Assembly (NCBI GenBank): GCA_963810095.1 | Contig: CAWEMM010000010.1 | Location: 128,001-192,000 of the forward strand | DNA length: 64,000 nucleotides | Origin: an uncultured Chloroflexia bacterium | GTDB taxonomy: Bacteria > Chloroflexota > Anaerolineae > CG2-30-64-16 | Direction of reading: 5' to 3' | In this document: positions 21,204 to 33,035 of the stretch, piece after piece | Position numbering within the stretch: the stretch's first letter is position 1 | Layout of the letters: every line of letters starts with the position of its first letter | The notes under the pieces: model-generated | Told to the model about the DNA's origin: nothing | Seen by the model: only the letters and a program-made list of their open reading frames with translations | The model's database searches: none | Program-made: the position numbers and the translations under genes

Positions 21204-23137
21204 ATGATGCGCCGGCTGTTCGTTGCCCTGCTCGCGTTCCTGTGCCTGTCCATCGCCGCACCCGGTGTCCAGGCTCAAGCTGCGCCGCCCCACCGTCTCT
21301 ACTTGCCCCTCGTGCTCCGCGAGCCGCTCCCCGTCCTGATCGCCGCGCTGCACTACGACGGCATCATCTCCGGTGAGCCCGACGAGGGGTTTCAACTCTA
21401 CAACCCAAACGAGTACTCGATCACGCTGGCAGGCTGGCAGGTGCGCAGCGGCAGCCGCACGGTCACCTTTCCGCCGGGGATGTCCATCAGCGCGCGGTCG
21501 GCCTTCTGGTGCGGCCGCGAGGCGGTCGCGTTCGGCCGGTCGTTCGGCCATCCACCTTCCTGCGAGTGGGCGGCCGACACTAACCCCAACGTGCCAAACC
21601 TTACCGGCACCGGCCTCACCTTCTCCAATGCGGGCGCGGCCGTGGTCCTGCTGCGCCCCGACGGCACGGCGAGCGACGTCCTCGTCTACAAGGCGGGCGC
21701 AATTCCGCCGGAAGGCGGCTGGCAAGGGCCAGCGCTCTATCCGTACAAGCCTTCGTCGGCATTTCACGAGCAGGGCCAGGTGCTCTACCGCAAGCTGAAG
21801 CCGCACATCTACCGCTGGCTGGACACCTACACTGCCGAGCCGCAAGGCGACACGAACATCCGGGCCGACTGGGCGAGCGAGCCGGACGACGTGCTGGAGG
21901 GCCGCCGGGTGCGCTATGCGGGCTGGGACCTCGTGCACTTCCTCGAGCCGGTCCGGCAGGCCGGCGTATTCCTGCAAGTCTTTGTCGCGCCCGACAACTC
22001 CTACGCCGCGCTCCGCGATCGCCTGGCTGGCGCGACACGGAGCATCACGTTCCTGGGCTACACCTTCGAGAGCGCGCCGCTGGCCCAGTTGATCGCGGAG
22101 CGGGCGCGCGCCGGGGTCGAGGTGATTATGCTGCTGGAGGGCGCGCCGCCCGGCGGCGTGTCCGACCAGCAGCGGTGGGCCGTGCAACGGATGGCGGAGG
22201 CGGGCGCGCAGATCTACTACATCGCGCGGCGACAGCGCGGCCGGCGTCCACGACCGCTATGCCAACTTGCACGCCAAGGCCTGGGTGATCGACTACGAGT
22301 TGGCCCTGATCGGCAGCGAAAACCCCAGCCCCGATTCCTTCCCCAACGATGACAAGGCGGACGGCACGACGGGTCGCCGGGGGGTGTACCTCGCGACCAA
22401 TGCCCCCGCGGTGGTCGACCGGGTGGAATCGATCATGGATCGTTCAATCGTCGCATATGACCGGGCGGTCGCTTTGCGGACATCTGGACCTATGACCCCG
22501 CGGACCCCGACCTCGGCGCGCCGCCCCCTGACTTCACGCCCGTCCTGACGAGCGGCGGCAGCACGTACCGCGTCCGCGTGCCCGAGCCGCTCACCGCCAC
22601 CGGCGAGTTCGAGTTTGAGCTGTGCCAGGCGCCCGAGCACGCGGTCACGCGCGAATCTGTGCGTGCTGGGGCTCGTGAATCGGGCCGGCGCGGGCGACAC
22701 GGTGCTCGTTGAGCAACTGGACGAGCCGCCCTTCTGGGGCCCGTCGGACGGGACGGTCGAAAGCGACCCGAATCCCCGTGCTCCAGGCATACATGGCTGC
22801 GGCACGCCGCGGGGCAAGGGTCCGCATCCTGCTCGACTCGTTCTTTGACGACCTTACGAGCAGCCGCAGCAACCTCCGGACGGAGGAGTACCTTACGTCG
22901 ATGGCCCGGCTCGAAGGGCTGGACTTGGAGGTGCGCCGCGGCAACCCGACAGGACTTGGGCCTGCACAATAAGATGGTGCTGGCCCAGATCGGCGGGCAC
23001 GGGCTGGGTCGATGGCGGGCAGCCTGAACGGCGGGGAGGCATCCGCGAAGCTCAACCGGGAGTTGAGCCTGGTGGTGCAGTCGGACGAAGCATACGGGTA
23101 TCTTGCCGCCATGTTCTGGGGCGATTGGGGCGGGTAA
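21204..23137 (+). CDS. Secreted lamin-tail-domain / phospholipase D family protein (multiple frameshifts)
   Basis: Signal peptide, EGFQLYNP...LAGW lamin-tail-like segment, HAKAWVID...GSEN and HNKMVL...GSLN motifs in successive frames. Confidence 0.85.
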
Positions 23138-23253
23138 CCGAGCCGGCGCGCCGTCCGGGGCGGATTGACGCGAGCGAGCATCTGGCTATACTGGTAGATA
23201 CTTGGTCCGCCAGCCCGCCACCATTCCCCACCCGGCTCAATGAGGAACCTGCC

Positions 23254-24838
23254 GTGCCCTACAAGGCTTTTTTCGTCGAGGATGAGATCGAAATCCGCGA
23301 AGGAATCCGCGACAACGTCGATTGGGCCGCGCACGGCTTCGAGTTCTGCGGCGAAGCTCCGGACGGCGAGCTGGCCCTGCCGCTCATCCAGGCTGCAAAA
23401 CCCGATCTCCTGATCACCGATATCCGAATGCCTTTCATGGACGGCCTGCAGCTCAGCCAGATCGTTCGGGAGCGGCTGCCGCGCACGAAAATCGTCATCC
23501 TCAGCGGCCATGACGAGTTCGAGTATGCCCAGCGAGCGGTCAAGCTAGGCGTCTTCGAGTACCTGCTGAAGCCTGTCTCACTGCAAGATCTCCATCACGT
23601 CCTCGATAAGGTCGCACTCGAGTTGGATCAGGAGCGCGACGAGCAAAGCGGCGCTGGAGCGGTTGCGCGACCAGGTCGAACAGAATCGGGCCGCGCTCCG
23701 CGAACGATTCCTGCTCAGGCTCGTCACCGGAGTCGCTTCGGCGGCCGAGACGATTGAGAAAGGTCACCTCGTGGGCGCCGAACTGGTGGCCCAGAGCTAT
23801 CTCGTCGTCGCGATCCGGCTCGAAACGGACCGGTCAGAGCCGCCCGATCTTCCCCGGCTCAAGCGAATGGAGCAGTTCGCCTCGTCCCTCGTCGAGGCTA
23901 ACCCCGACACATTCCTCGTGCGCAGAGACCTGCGCGAGCTGGTCGTCCTGCTCAAAGGAAGCTCGGAGCAGAGCCTGCTCGAGGAGCGCGATCTGCTCCT
24001 GGCGCGCTTGCGGCAGGCGGCGCACGATCTGGAGTGTAAGCTGATCGTGGGGTCTGGCAGGCCCCAGACGGCGCGTCAGCGACATCGATAAGTCCTTCCT
24101 CGAGGCGACCGATGCGCTGCGGGCCGCAACGGGCGCGTGGGACAGCGCCCGCAAGCGTTGCGACTGAAGAGATCAGCCTGCTCGGGGTGGACAGGTCGAT
24201 TCTGGAAGACTACCTGCGGTCCGGGAACGGTGGAGGGCTTCGACGGCTTTTTTGAAGCGTTCAGCCGTCCGCTTGGCGAACGTGCGCTTGCTTCCACGGT
24301 GGCGAAGAGTTACGTTTTCACGGATATCGTGCTGGCCAGCGCCCGGTTCGTCGACGAAATGGGCGGCAATGCGGATGCAGTCGTTCCTGAGCTGGGCCAG
24401 GTCGAGGGGATCCTGGCGCGCATCGAGACGATGGAACACCTTCGCGAGCACACGCGCAGGGTTCTTGCCGCGGCCTTGAGCTTCAGAGATAACCTTGTCA
24501 CCCGCCAGTACGCCGGCGTCGTCCGCCAGGCCCAGGAATACATGGAGCGCCGCTATGCCGACCCACAGCTGTCGTTGAACGAGGTGGCAGCGCAGGTCAG
24601 CCTGAGTGCGGGTCATTTCAGTACGGTGTTCAGCCAGGAAGCGGGCCAAACTTTCAAGGAGTATCTGACCGAGGTGCGGCTCAAGAGGGCCAAGGAACTG
24701 CTGCGCACGACGACGCTGAAGGCGTTCGAGATCAGCGATCAGGTCGGGTACAACGACCCGCACTATTTCAGTCACGTCTTCCACAAGCACACGGGTCTGA
24801 CGCCCATGGAGTTCAGGCTCCAGGTGCAGGCGATCTGA
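23254..24838 (+). CDS. YesN-type response regulator (REC + AraC HTH), frameshifted
   Basis: VEDE, ITDIRMPFMDG, YLLKP; C-terminal LSLNEVA...VGYNDPHYFS. Confidence 0.92.
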
Positions 24839-24919
24839 AGGGAGCCTGGAACGTGAGAAGAGCGGCTTCCTCTGGTTACACGGGCGGTTCGGGCCGCCGC
24901 GTTTCGGTCTGGGGGGCCG

Positions 24920-26405
24920 GTGCGACAAGCCTTCCGGCGGGCCGCCGCGCCTGTCGTCGAGCTGGGGGCGCGGTTGGGCCTGTCTGTGCGGACCAAGATC
25001 CTGCTGTCGCTCGCCATGGTGATCCTGATCATGAGCCTCACGAACGTCTTTCTGGTCGTCCAGGTGCTCAACTACGGCCGCCAGTACGACGCTATCATCG
25101 CCAACATCACGGCCGCCAACAGCATCGGCGGACACATCAAGGCGGACATCGACACCGAGATGTGGCGGATTGTGGCGGGCAAGATCGAGTTTCGCGAGGG
25201 CAGGCAGTACGACATCATCAACGAGGCGAACACCACGCTCCGCCAGATGATGCAAAACACCGACTCGCCCCGTTCCAACGTCAAGCTCGAAGGCATCCTG
25301 AGAACCTTGCTGACCCTGACTTACGAAGTGGACCGGATGGGGCAACAGATCACCCGGGGCAGCACGACCGCGGAGAACGAGGCGGTGCTGGAAAACATCC
25401 GGTTCGTCTCTGGCGTCGTGGAGGACGTGGTGCAGGACTACGCGCTGTACGAGGTGCAGCGGACCAGCACCCAGTACCAACACATGCGCGAGGGGTTTCG
25501 GCGGTGGGAGACCATCTACCTGGTGGTCATGGTCAGCGCGGTCGGTTTTTCGCTATTGGCGGCGTGGGGCATCTCCCGCGGGGTCTACATCCCCATCAAG
25601 AAGCTCCACGACATGACCGCCACCATCACGCGCAACGACCTCCAGGCGTTGGTCACCCACGACAACGTGGACGAGATCACCGAGTTGGGCCTCAGCTTCA
25701 ACATCATGGTCGGGCGGATCCGCGAGCTCCTGGATGCGAAGGTCAAGGAGCAGGAGAACCTGAAGAAGGCCGAGCTCCGCGCGCTGCAGGCGCAGATCAA
25801 CCCACACTTCCTCTACAACACCCTCGACACGATTATCTGGATGACCGAGTCGAAGAAGACCGAGCAGGTGATCGAGATAGTCAGGGCGCTTTCGAGTTTC
25901 TTCCGGCTGAGCCTCAGTAAGGGACGGGACTGGATCACCATCGCCGAAGAAGTCGAGCGGACGCGGAACTATCTGACGATCCAGAAGATGCGCTACCGGG
26001 AAATCCTGGACTACCGGATCGAACTGGACGAGAGCGTGATGAGCAACACGGTCCTGAAGCTCATCCTGCAGCCGCTCGTCGAGAATGCGCTCTACCACGG
26101 CATTAAGAACAGGCGGGAAGGCGGCGCCATCGTCGTGCGCGCGCTTCAGCGCAGCCCGGGCGAGATCTTGTTGCAGGTCGAGGACAACGGCATTGGCTTT
26201 GCGCCCGACAGGCTGGCGTGCGTGCGGCGCGAGCTCGATGAGGACTCGGGCGAGATCAGGCTCGAAAGCGGGTATGGGATCGGCAACGTCAACCAAGCGG
26301 ATCCGGCTGTACTACGGCAAACAGTACGGCGTGTCCATCGAGAGCGAATACCAGGTGGGCACGTGCGTCTCGGTCGTCATTCCCGCATCCCGCGGCGAGA
26401 CGTAG
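24920..26405 (+). CDS. YesM/LytS-type sensor histidine kinase (frameshift near 26295)
   Basis: Two TM helices, HAMP, LQAQINPHFLYNTL, LQPLVENA, DNGIG. Confidence 0.94.
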
Positions 26406-26420
26406 AAGCGAGGAGGGTCG

Positions 26421-27504
26421 ATGAAGCACAAGCTGCCCGGCCTGATGGGCGGAGCGAGCGGGAATCTCGGCATGCGATCTGCCCCACGACCACCGCGCCC
26501 CATGCGCCTGGCCCTTCGCTGGGTCGCGTTTCTCGCCATCCTCCTGGCGCTCGCCGGATGTCGTGGCGCCGTTGCACCCCCCCTGGCAGGTGCCCCAACC
26601 CCCGCGCCAGGGGGCCCGATGAAAAAAACCTACAAGGACCTGATCGTGGGCTACGCTCAATTGGGCGCAGAGAGCGAGTGGCGCTCGGCTAACACCACCT
26701 CCGTCAAAGAAGCGGCCGAAGCGGTGGGGGTCGAGCTGAAGTTCTCGGACGCGCAGCAAAAGCAGGAAAACCAGATCAAGGCGATCCGGTCACTTATCGC
26801 CCAGCGTGTCGACGTGATCGGGGTGGCACCCCTGGTCGAGACGGGCTGGGACGAGGTTTTTCAGGAAGCGAAGGACGCCGGCATCCCCATCATCCTGGTC
26901 GACCGCCGGGCGGACGTGCCCCCCGACCTCTACGCCGCGTTCATGGGTTCGGATTTTCTCGAAGAGGGCCGCAACGCGGCGCGGGCGCTGGCTCGGCTGA
27001 CAAACGGCCAGGCGCGCATCGTCGAGTTGGTCGGCACGCCCGACTCGACCCCGGCCAACGATCGTTACAAGGGCTTCCGGGAGGTTTTGAAGGACTACCC
27101 CGGGCATGGAGATTATCGGCTCGCAGGCCGGCGATTTCACCGCATCACAGGGCAAAGAAATCATGCAGGCGATGCTCAAAGAGCACGGCGCCGCCATCAC
27201 CGCGGTGTACGCCCATAACGACGATATGGCACTGGGCGCGATCAAGGCAATCGAAGCCTACGGTCTCCGGCCCGGCGTGGACATTAAGATCGTTTCCGTC
27301 GACGCCGCCCGCGGCGCCTTCGAGGCGATGATTGCCGGCAAGCTGAACGCGACCGTGGAGTGCAACCCGTTGCTCGGCCCGAAGTTCATGGAACTGGCGC
27401 TCAAGGTGGCAAACGACGAGCCGGTGCCAAAGTGGGTGCCGTCGGAGGAAGGGGTCTTCTTCCCCGAGAACGCTGCGGACATCCTGCCAACGCGCAAATA
27501 CTAA
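26421..27504 (+). CDS. Sugar ABC substrate-binding lipoprotein 1, YtfQ-like (frameshift near 27100)
   Basis: LAGC lipobox, QLGAESEWR, DAQQKQENQI, HNDDMA, ECNPLLGP. Confidence 0.9.
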
Positions 27505-27545
27505 TCAGTGCAACCACAGTGAATCTGTTGCACCATGACGCTCGG

Positions 27546-27658
27546 CACCCTTCGACTGCGTGCGTCCCTTCGGGACGCTCATCCGCTCAGGCTGCCTGCG
27601 CTTGAAGCATCCTGAGCGGAGGCGCCAGCGCAGCTGGCGTGCCGCAGTCGAAGGATGC
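27546..27658. repeat. REP-like palindrome, class D
   Basis: CCCTTCGACTGCG...TCCGCTCAGG / CCTGAGCGGA...CGCAGTCGAAGG nested inverted repeats. Confidence 0.7.
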
Positions 27659-27939
27659 GACCCGACAGAATGAGTGTGCTTGTTAGCCCAGCCTCGGCCC
27701 CTATCTCGTGCTGCGCGGAAGAAACTTAACCACATCCGAAGAATCTGCACCCGGATTCTCTCGGAGGGCCGCCACGGCAACCGGACGGCGTTCAGATTTC
27801 GCCCATCGCCTGAGGAAAACGCATTGACTCTGCCCCACCGGGCGGCGTACCATCTTTACGGCGTGTTGCATTTCTTACCGGGAGAAATGTGTCCCGTCAC
27901 CTTCAAAACCAAGAACCGCAGACAGAAGGAGACAATGAA

Positions 27940-28950
27940 GTGAAATCCTCAGCCCTCACGTTCTTCGTTGCCGCACTGTTGATCCTCGGCACACTCGCCG
28001 CGTGCGCGCCCGCCGCGGCCCCTGCGCCCGCCGCCGCGCCGACCCAGGCCGCGGCTGCTGCCGCCCCCGCTGCCGCTGCTAAGACCTACAAAGACATGAC
28101 CTTGTGCTACCCGCAGCTGGGCGCCGAAAGCGACTGGCGAACTGCCAACACCGCTTCTTTCAAAGAGACCGCCGAGAAGCTCGGGGTCAAGCTGATCTTC
28201 TCGGATGCGCAGCAGAAGCAGGAAAACCAGATCTCCGCAATCCGCTCTTGCATCCAGCAGGGTGTGAACGTCATCGCGCTGCCGCCTGTCGTCGAGACGG
28301 GCTGGGACGCGGTGCTGCAGGAAGCCAAGGACGCGAAGATCCCCGTTATCGTCGTCGACCGTTCCGTGACGGCAGATCCTTCGATGTACGCCGCGCACAT
28401 CGGCTCTGACATGGTCATCGAAGGCAAGCGCGCGGCAGCGGAAATCAACAAGATGCTGCCCAACGGCGGCAACATCGTCGAGTTGTCGGGCACGACCGGC
28501 TCGGGCGCTGCGGTTGGCCGCGCCAAGGGCTTCCGCGAGGCCCTGAATCCCAACATCAAGATCCTCGATTCCCAAACGGGTAACTTCACCCGGGCCGAGG
28601 GCAAGCCGGTCATGGAAGCCTTCCTGAAGAAGTACGGCGACCAGATCAACGGCGTCTTCTTCCACAATGACGACATGGCGATCGGTGCGGTCGAAGCCAT
28701 CAAGGCGGCCGGCATCAAACCCGGCGACCTGAAGATGGTCTCGGTGGACGGCACCCGCGGCGGCTTCCAGTTGATGATCGACGGCTGGTTGGGGGCCGAC
28801 GTCGAGTGCAATCCCCTCCTGGGTCCCCAGGTCATGGACCTCGGCCTTAAGCTGATGAACGGCCAGGAAATTGCCAAGGAAGCCCTGACCGACGAGGCCG
28901 TGTTCTACCCGGACAAGGCGAAGGAACTGCTGCCGACCCGCAAGTACTAA
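27940..28950 (+). CDS. Sugar ABC substrate-binding lipoprotein 2, YtfQ-like
   Basis: LAAC lipobox, Ala/Pro linker, QLGAESDWR, ECNPLLGP. Confidence 0.93.
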   Translation: MKSSALTFFVAALLILGTLAACAPAAAPAPAAAPTQAAAAAAPAAAAKTYKDMTLCYPQLGAESDWRTANTASFKETAEKLGVKLIFSDAQQKQENQISAIRSCIQQGVNVIALPPVVETGWDAVLQEAKDAKIPVIVVDRSVTADPSMYAAHIGSDMVIEGKRAAAEINKMLPNGGNIVELSGTTGSGAAVGRAKGFREALNPNIKILDSQTGNFTRAEGKPVMEAFLKKYGDQINGVFFHNDDMAIGAVEAIKAAGIKPGDLKMVSVDGTRGGFQLMIDGWLGADVECNPLLGPQVMDLGLKLMNGQEIAKEALTDEAVFYPDKAKELLPTRKY

Positions 28951-29069
28951 AGGCTCCTCCAGGCCCGTGAATGTCGACGGGTGAGAGGACGAGGTTGAGA
29001 AGGGGCGTCCCGGAACGCTCCTTCTCAACCTCGAAAGGAATCGTGCAACTCTCCCAAGGGGCAGATCTC

Positions 29070-30588
29070 ATGACAAACCCAGAGGACCTTGTCTTGGCCA
29101 TGAAGGCCATCTCCAAGAGTTTTCCAGGCGTCCAAGCCCTGGAAAACGTCGATTTCTCGTTGCGGAGGGGTGAGATCCACGCCCTGGTGGGCGAAAACGG
29201 GGCCGGCAAGTCCACCCTCATTAAGGTGCTGACCGGGGTCGAGCCGCCCGATAGTGGTTCGATCGAATACGACGGAAAGGTGGTGGAGGTCCGGTCGCCC
29301 CAGAATGCGCAGGACATCGGGATTTCGACGGTCTATCAGGAGGTCAACCTCTGCACGAACATCTCGGTGGCCGAGAATATCATGCTCGGCCGCGAGCCCC
29401 GGCGGTTCGGCAGCATTCATTGGCGGCAACTCAATGCCGCGAGCCCGGCAGGCGCTGCACAAGCTCTCGGTCGATATCGACGTCGCGCAGCCCCTGGAAA
29501 ACTACTCCATCGCCATTCAGCAAATGACGGCGATTGCGCGGTCACTCGAAATCTCATCGGCGAAAATCCTCATCCTCGACGAGCCCACCTCCAGCCTTGA
29601 TGCCAACGAAACCAATCTTCTTTTTGACGTCATGCAGAAGCTGAAGGCCGAAGGCATCGGTATTATCTTCATCACGCACTTCCTGGACCAGGTGTACCGC
29701 ATCGCCGACCGCATCACGGTGCTCCGCAACGGCCGGTTGGTGGGGACGTACGAGAGCGCTTCGCTCCCGCGCGTCGAGCTCGTCGCCAAAATGCTCGGGC
29801 GCACCATGACGGAGCTGGCGGCGGTGGCAAAGACTAAGGTCGAGCGGGCCGAGGTCGAAGGCCGGGAGCCGTTTCTGAAGGCCGCCGGCTTGGGCCGCAC
29901 CGGTTCTCTGCAGCCGGTCGACGTGGTGCTGAATTCGGGCGAAGTCGTCGGGGTCGCCGGCCTGTTGGGGTCGGGGCGCACCGAGTTGGCGAACTTGCTG
30001 TTCGGCATCGACACCCCTGACACGGGCTCTCTCACGGTCGGCGGCAAGAAGGTCGAGCGTTTCTCGCCCCAGGAATCGCTCCGCAACGGGATCGCACTGT
30101 GCCCCGAAGACCGCAAGGCGGAAGGGATCGTCGGCGACTTGACGATCCGCGAGAACATCGTCCTGGCCCTGCAGGCGCGTTACGGCTGGTTCAAATATCT
30201 TGGGGCGCAGAAGCAGTATGAAATCGCGGAGAAGTACATCCGTCTGCTTGCGATCAGCACGCCCTCGGCCGACCAGTTGGTCAAGAACCTGAGCGGCGGC
30301 AACCAGCAGAAGGTGATCCTTGCGCGCTGGCTGGCGACCGAGCCCCGTCTCCTGATCCTCGACGAGCCGACCAAGGGCGTCGACGTGGGCGCGAAAGCAG
30401 AAATCCAGAAGCTTGTGCTCGACCTTGCCGACGAGGGCAAGTCGTGCATCTTCATCTCTTCCGAGCTGGAAGAGGTCTTGCGCACCAGCCATCGGATCAT
30501 CGTGATGCGCGACCAGAAGATGGCGGCCGAGTACCCGGGCGACGTGGACGACCAGACCATTATTCAGACAATGGCGGGCAATCTATGA
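29070..30588 (+). CDS. Sugar ABC transporter ATP-binding protein, YtfR-like (frameshift near 29440)
   Basis: GENGAGKS, ILDEPT twice, LSGGNQQK. Confidence 0.95.
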
Positions 30589-31664
30589 GAGACAGATATG
30601 CTTTCCTGAAGCGCGTACGAGAAAGCCGGCTGTTCTGGCCCCTGACGGCGTTGGCCTTGATCCTCATCGCCGACGCCATCTTTGCGCCCGGTTTCTTCAA
30701 GATCGGCATCCTGGACGGCCACCTCTACGGCAATCTGATCGACGTGGTCAACAATGCCGCGCCTTTGATGCTGGTCGCGATGGGCATGACCCTCGTGATT
30801 GCGACCGGCGGCATTGACCTGTCGGTGGGCGCGGTCATTGCGATTTCTGCTGCCATGGGTGCGGTCCTCATTAACCCGGCGCTGGGCCAAAAACTGATCT
30901 CGAACGACATCCTGACGAAGGACGCCACCAACACGCCGCTGCCGCTGGTGGTCCTTGCCACCCTGACGGCCGGCACCCTCTGCGGACTCTGGAACGGGAT
31001 GCTGGTTTCGCGGGGCAAAATCCAACCGATGGTCGCCACGCTGATCCTGATGGTGGCCGGCCGCGGCATTGCCCAGCTCATCACCAACGGGCAGATCATG
31101 ACCATCTATTACACGCCGTACTTCTGGTTCGGCAACGGGTTCATCCTGGGGCTGCCGGTCTCGGTCTACATCGTCGGATTGATCTTTGTGCTGGCCTGGC
31201 TGCTGGTGCGGAAGACCTCGATCGGCCTCTTCATCGAGTCGGTCGGGATCAACGCCAAGTCAACCTACTACAGCGGCATCAGCGAGAAAAACATCAAGCT
31301 GCTCGCGTATGTCTTTTGCGGCTTCTGCGCCGCCATGGCCGGCCTGATCCTGAGTTCCTACGTCCACAGCGCGGATGGCAACAACAACGGCCTGAACTAC
31401 GAGCTGGACGCGATCCTGGCGGTCGTCATCGGTGGAACACTGATGACGGGCGGCCGCTTCTCGCTGTTTGCCAGCATCATCGGCGCACTGGTCATCTGGA
31501 CTTTCACAATCTCAATGTACACCTTCGGCGTTCCCGCCAATGCCCTCATGGCGGGCCGGGCCGTGCTCGTTCTCGTGGTGATCCTGCTCTACTCGGACTA
31601 CTCTCGGCGCCTGCTGAACAGGTTGTTTGAACGGAAAGGGTCCCAACATGGCGCAGCAAACTGA
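30585..31664 (+). CDS. Sugar ABC permease, YtfT-like
   Basis: GMTLVIATGGIDLSVG, ELDAILAVVIGG. Confidence 0.94.
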   Translation: MRDRYAFLKRVRESRLFWPLTALALILIADAIFAPGFFKIGILDGHLYGNLIDVVNNAAPLMLVAMGMTLVIATGGIDLSVGAVIAISAAMGAVLINPALGQKLISNDILTKDATNTPLPLVVLATLTAGTLCGLWNGMLVSRGKIQPMVATLILMVAGRGIAQLITNGQIMTIYYTPYFWFGNGFILGLPVSVYIVGLIFVLAWLLVRKTSIGLFIESVGINAKSTYYSGISEKNIKLLAYVFCGFCAAMAGLILSSYVHSADGNNNGLNYELDAILAVVIGGTLMTGGRFSLFASIIGALVIWTFTISMYTFGVPANALMAGRAVLVLVVILLYSDYSRRLLNRLFERKGSQHGAAN

Positions 31665-32694
31665 GCCTTTCCCGCTCCCACACAAGTCTTCAGAGCAGGG
31701 CACCGGCGCGCGCTTCAGGCAGTGGCTGCGGCCCTTCGTGCTCAAGAACGGGCCGATGCTGATCACGATCGGCGTGTTCATTATCCTTTACTTCATCGGC
31801 ACGCGCCTCTATCCCGCGATGCAGAAACCGCAGGTGTTCTTCAACCTGTTCATCAACACGGCCAGCTTGCTGATCGTTTCGATCGGGATGACGTTCGTGA
31901 TCCTCTCGAAAGGGATCGATCTCTCTGTGGCGGGCATGATCGCGCTCACCTCGGCTGCGTCGGCCTCGCTGCTGCGCGACGGCGCGAGCCCGTTCCTGGT
32001 GATCCCGCTGATGTTGGTCATGGGCATCGTGTTTGGGCTGACGATGGGCTCGCTCATTCACTTCTTCAAAGTCGAACCCTTTATCGTGACGCTCATGGGC
32101 ATGTTTTTCGCCCGCGGGATGGCGTATGTGATCACTCTGGAAGGGGTGCCCATCACGACCGCCATTTACCGCCTGTTGGCGCTGACCAAGGTGCCGGTGC
32201 CCCTGATCGATAAGGCGTACGTGTACCCGGCCGCGCTGGTCGGCCCCATCCTGTTGCTCGTGGCGATCTATCTCTCGTTCTTCACCCGCTTCGGCCGCAC
32301 CGTCTATGCCATCGGCAACAACGAGCAGTCGGCCCGGTTGATGGGCTTCCCGGTCGGTCGCACCAAGATCATCGTCTACGCCTTCAGCGGCTTCTGCTCG
32401 GCCCTCGCGGGCATCGTCTGGAGCATCAACCTGCTTTCCGGGTATGGCGGCTACGCACCCGGCATGGAGCTCGATGCGATCGCGTCGGTGGTCATCGGCG
32501 GCACGCTGCTGACGGGCGGCGTGGGCAACGTGATCGGCACGCTGTTCGGCGTCCTCATCAACGGCACGATTGTGTCTATCCTGCAATTCAACGGCACCTT
32601 GAGCTCCTGGTGGACCCGCATCGGCGTAGGGTTGTTGACGCTGGTCTTCATCGGGATCCAGAGCCTCTTCTACAGCCGGAAGAAGCACTCTTGA
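31648..32694 (+). CDS. Sugar ABC permease, YjfF-like
   Basis: GIDLSV, ELDAIASVVIGGT, LSSWWTRI. Confidence 0.94.
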   Translation: MAQQTEPFPLPHKSSEQGTGARFRQWLRPFVLKNGPMLITIGVFIILYFIGTRLYPAMQKPQVFFNLFINTASLLIVSIGMTFVILSKGIDLSVAGMIALTSAASASLLRDGASPFLVIPLMLVMGIVFGLTMGSLIHFFKVEPFIVTLMGMFFARGMAYVITLEGVPITTAIYRLLALTKVPVPLIDKAYVYPAALVGPILLLVAIYLSFFTRFGRTVYAIGNNEQSARLMGFPVGRTKIIVYAFSGFCSALAGIVWSINLLSGYGGYAPGMELDAIASVVIGGTLLTGGVGNVIGTLFGVLINGTIVSILQFNGTLSSWWTRIGVGLLTLVFIGIQSLFYSRKKHS

Positions 32695-32763
32695 GCGCGG
32701 TTGTCAGGCGGCGGCCAGTCCAGGCCCTCCTCCCGCGCTGCTGGACAACGCGGGAGGAAACAG

Positions 32764-32894
32764 GACACTGATTGAACTGATTCGACTGATTCTCACGATC
32801 GTTTTCTCCCAGATCAGTTCAATCACAGGTCGGGAAGGCACGCAGACCTCCGGCGTCGTCCGAGCTCCGCTCAGGATCGCGACACCGGAGGTCT
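32764..32894. repeat. Composite intergenic repeat: class C 9-mer palindrome followed by a class A palindrome
   Basis: CTGATTGAACTGATTCGACTGATT...ATCAGTTCAATCA, then AGACCTCCGGCGTCG...CGACACCGGAGGTCT. Confidence 0.7.
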
Positions 32895-33035
32895 TTTTGA
32901 GCGCGCGTTTCGTTGACGCCCGGCTCCGCTCTATGCTATACTGCCGCAGTTGCCGGGCAAGTGCACTTGCATAGCAAGTGCGCTTGCTGTGCAGGCGGCG
33001 CCGCCGCCACGCAGCCGGCCCGGGCGTGAGCGAGC

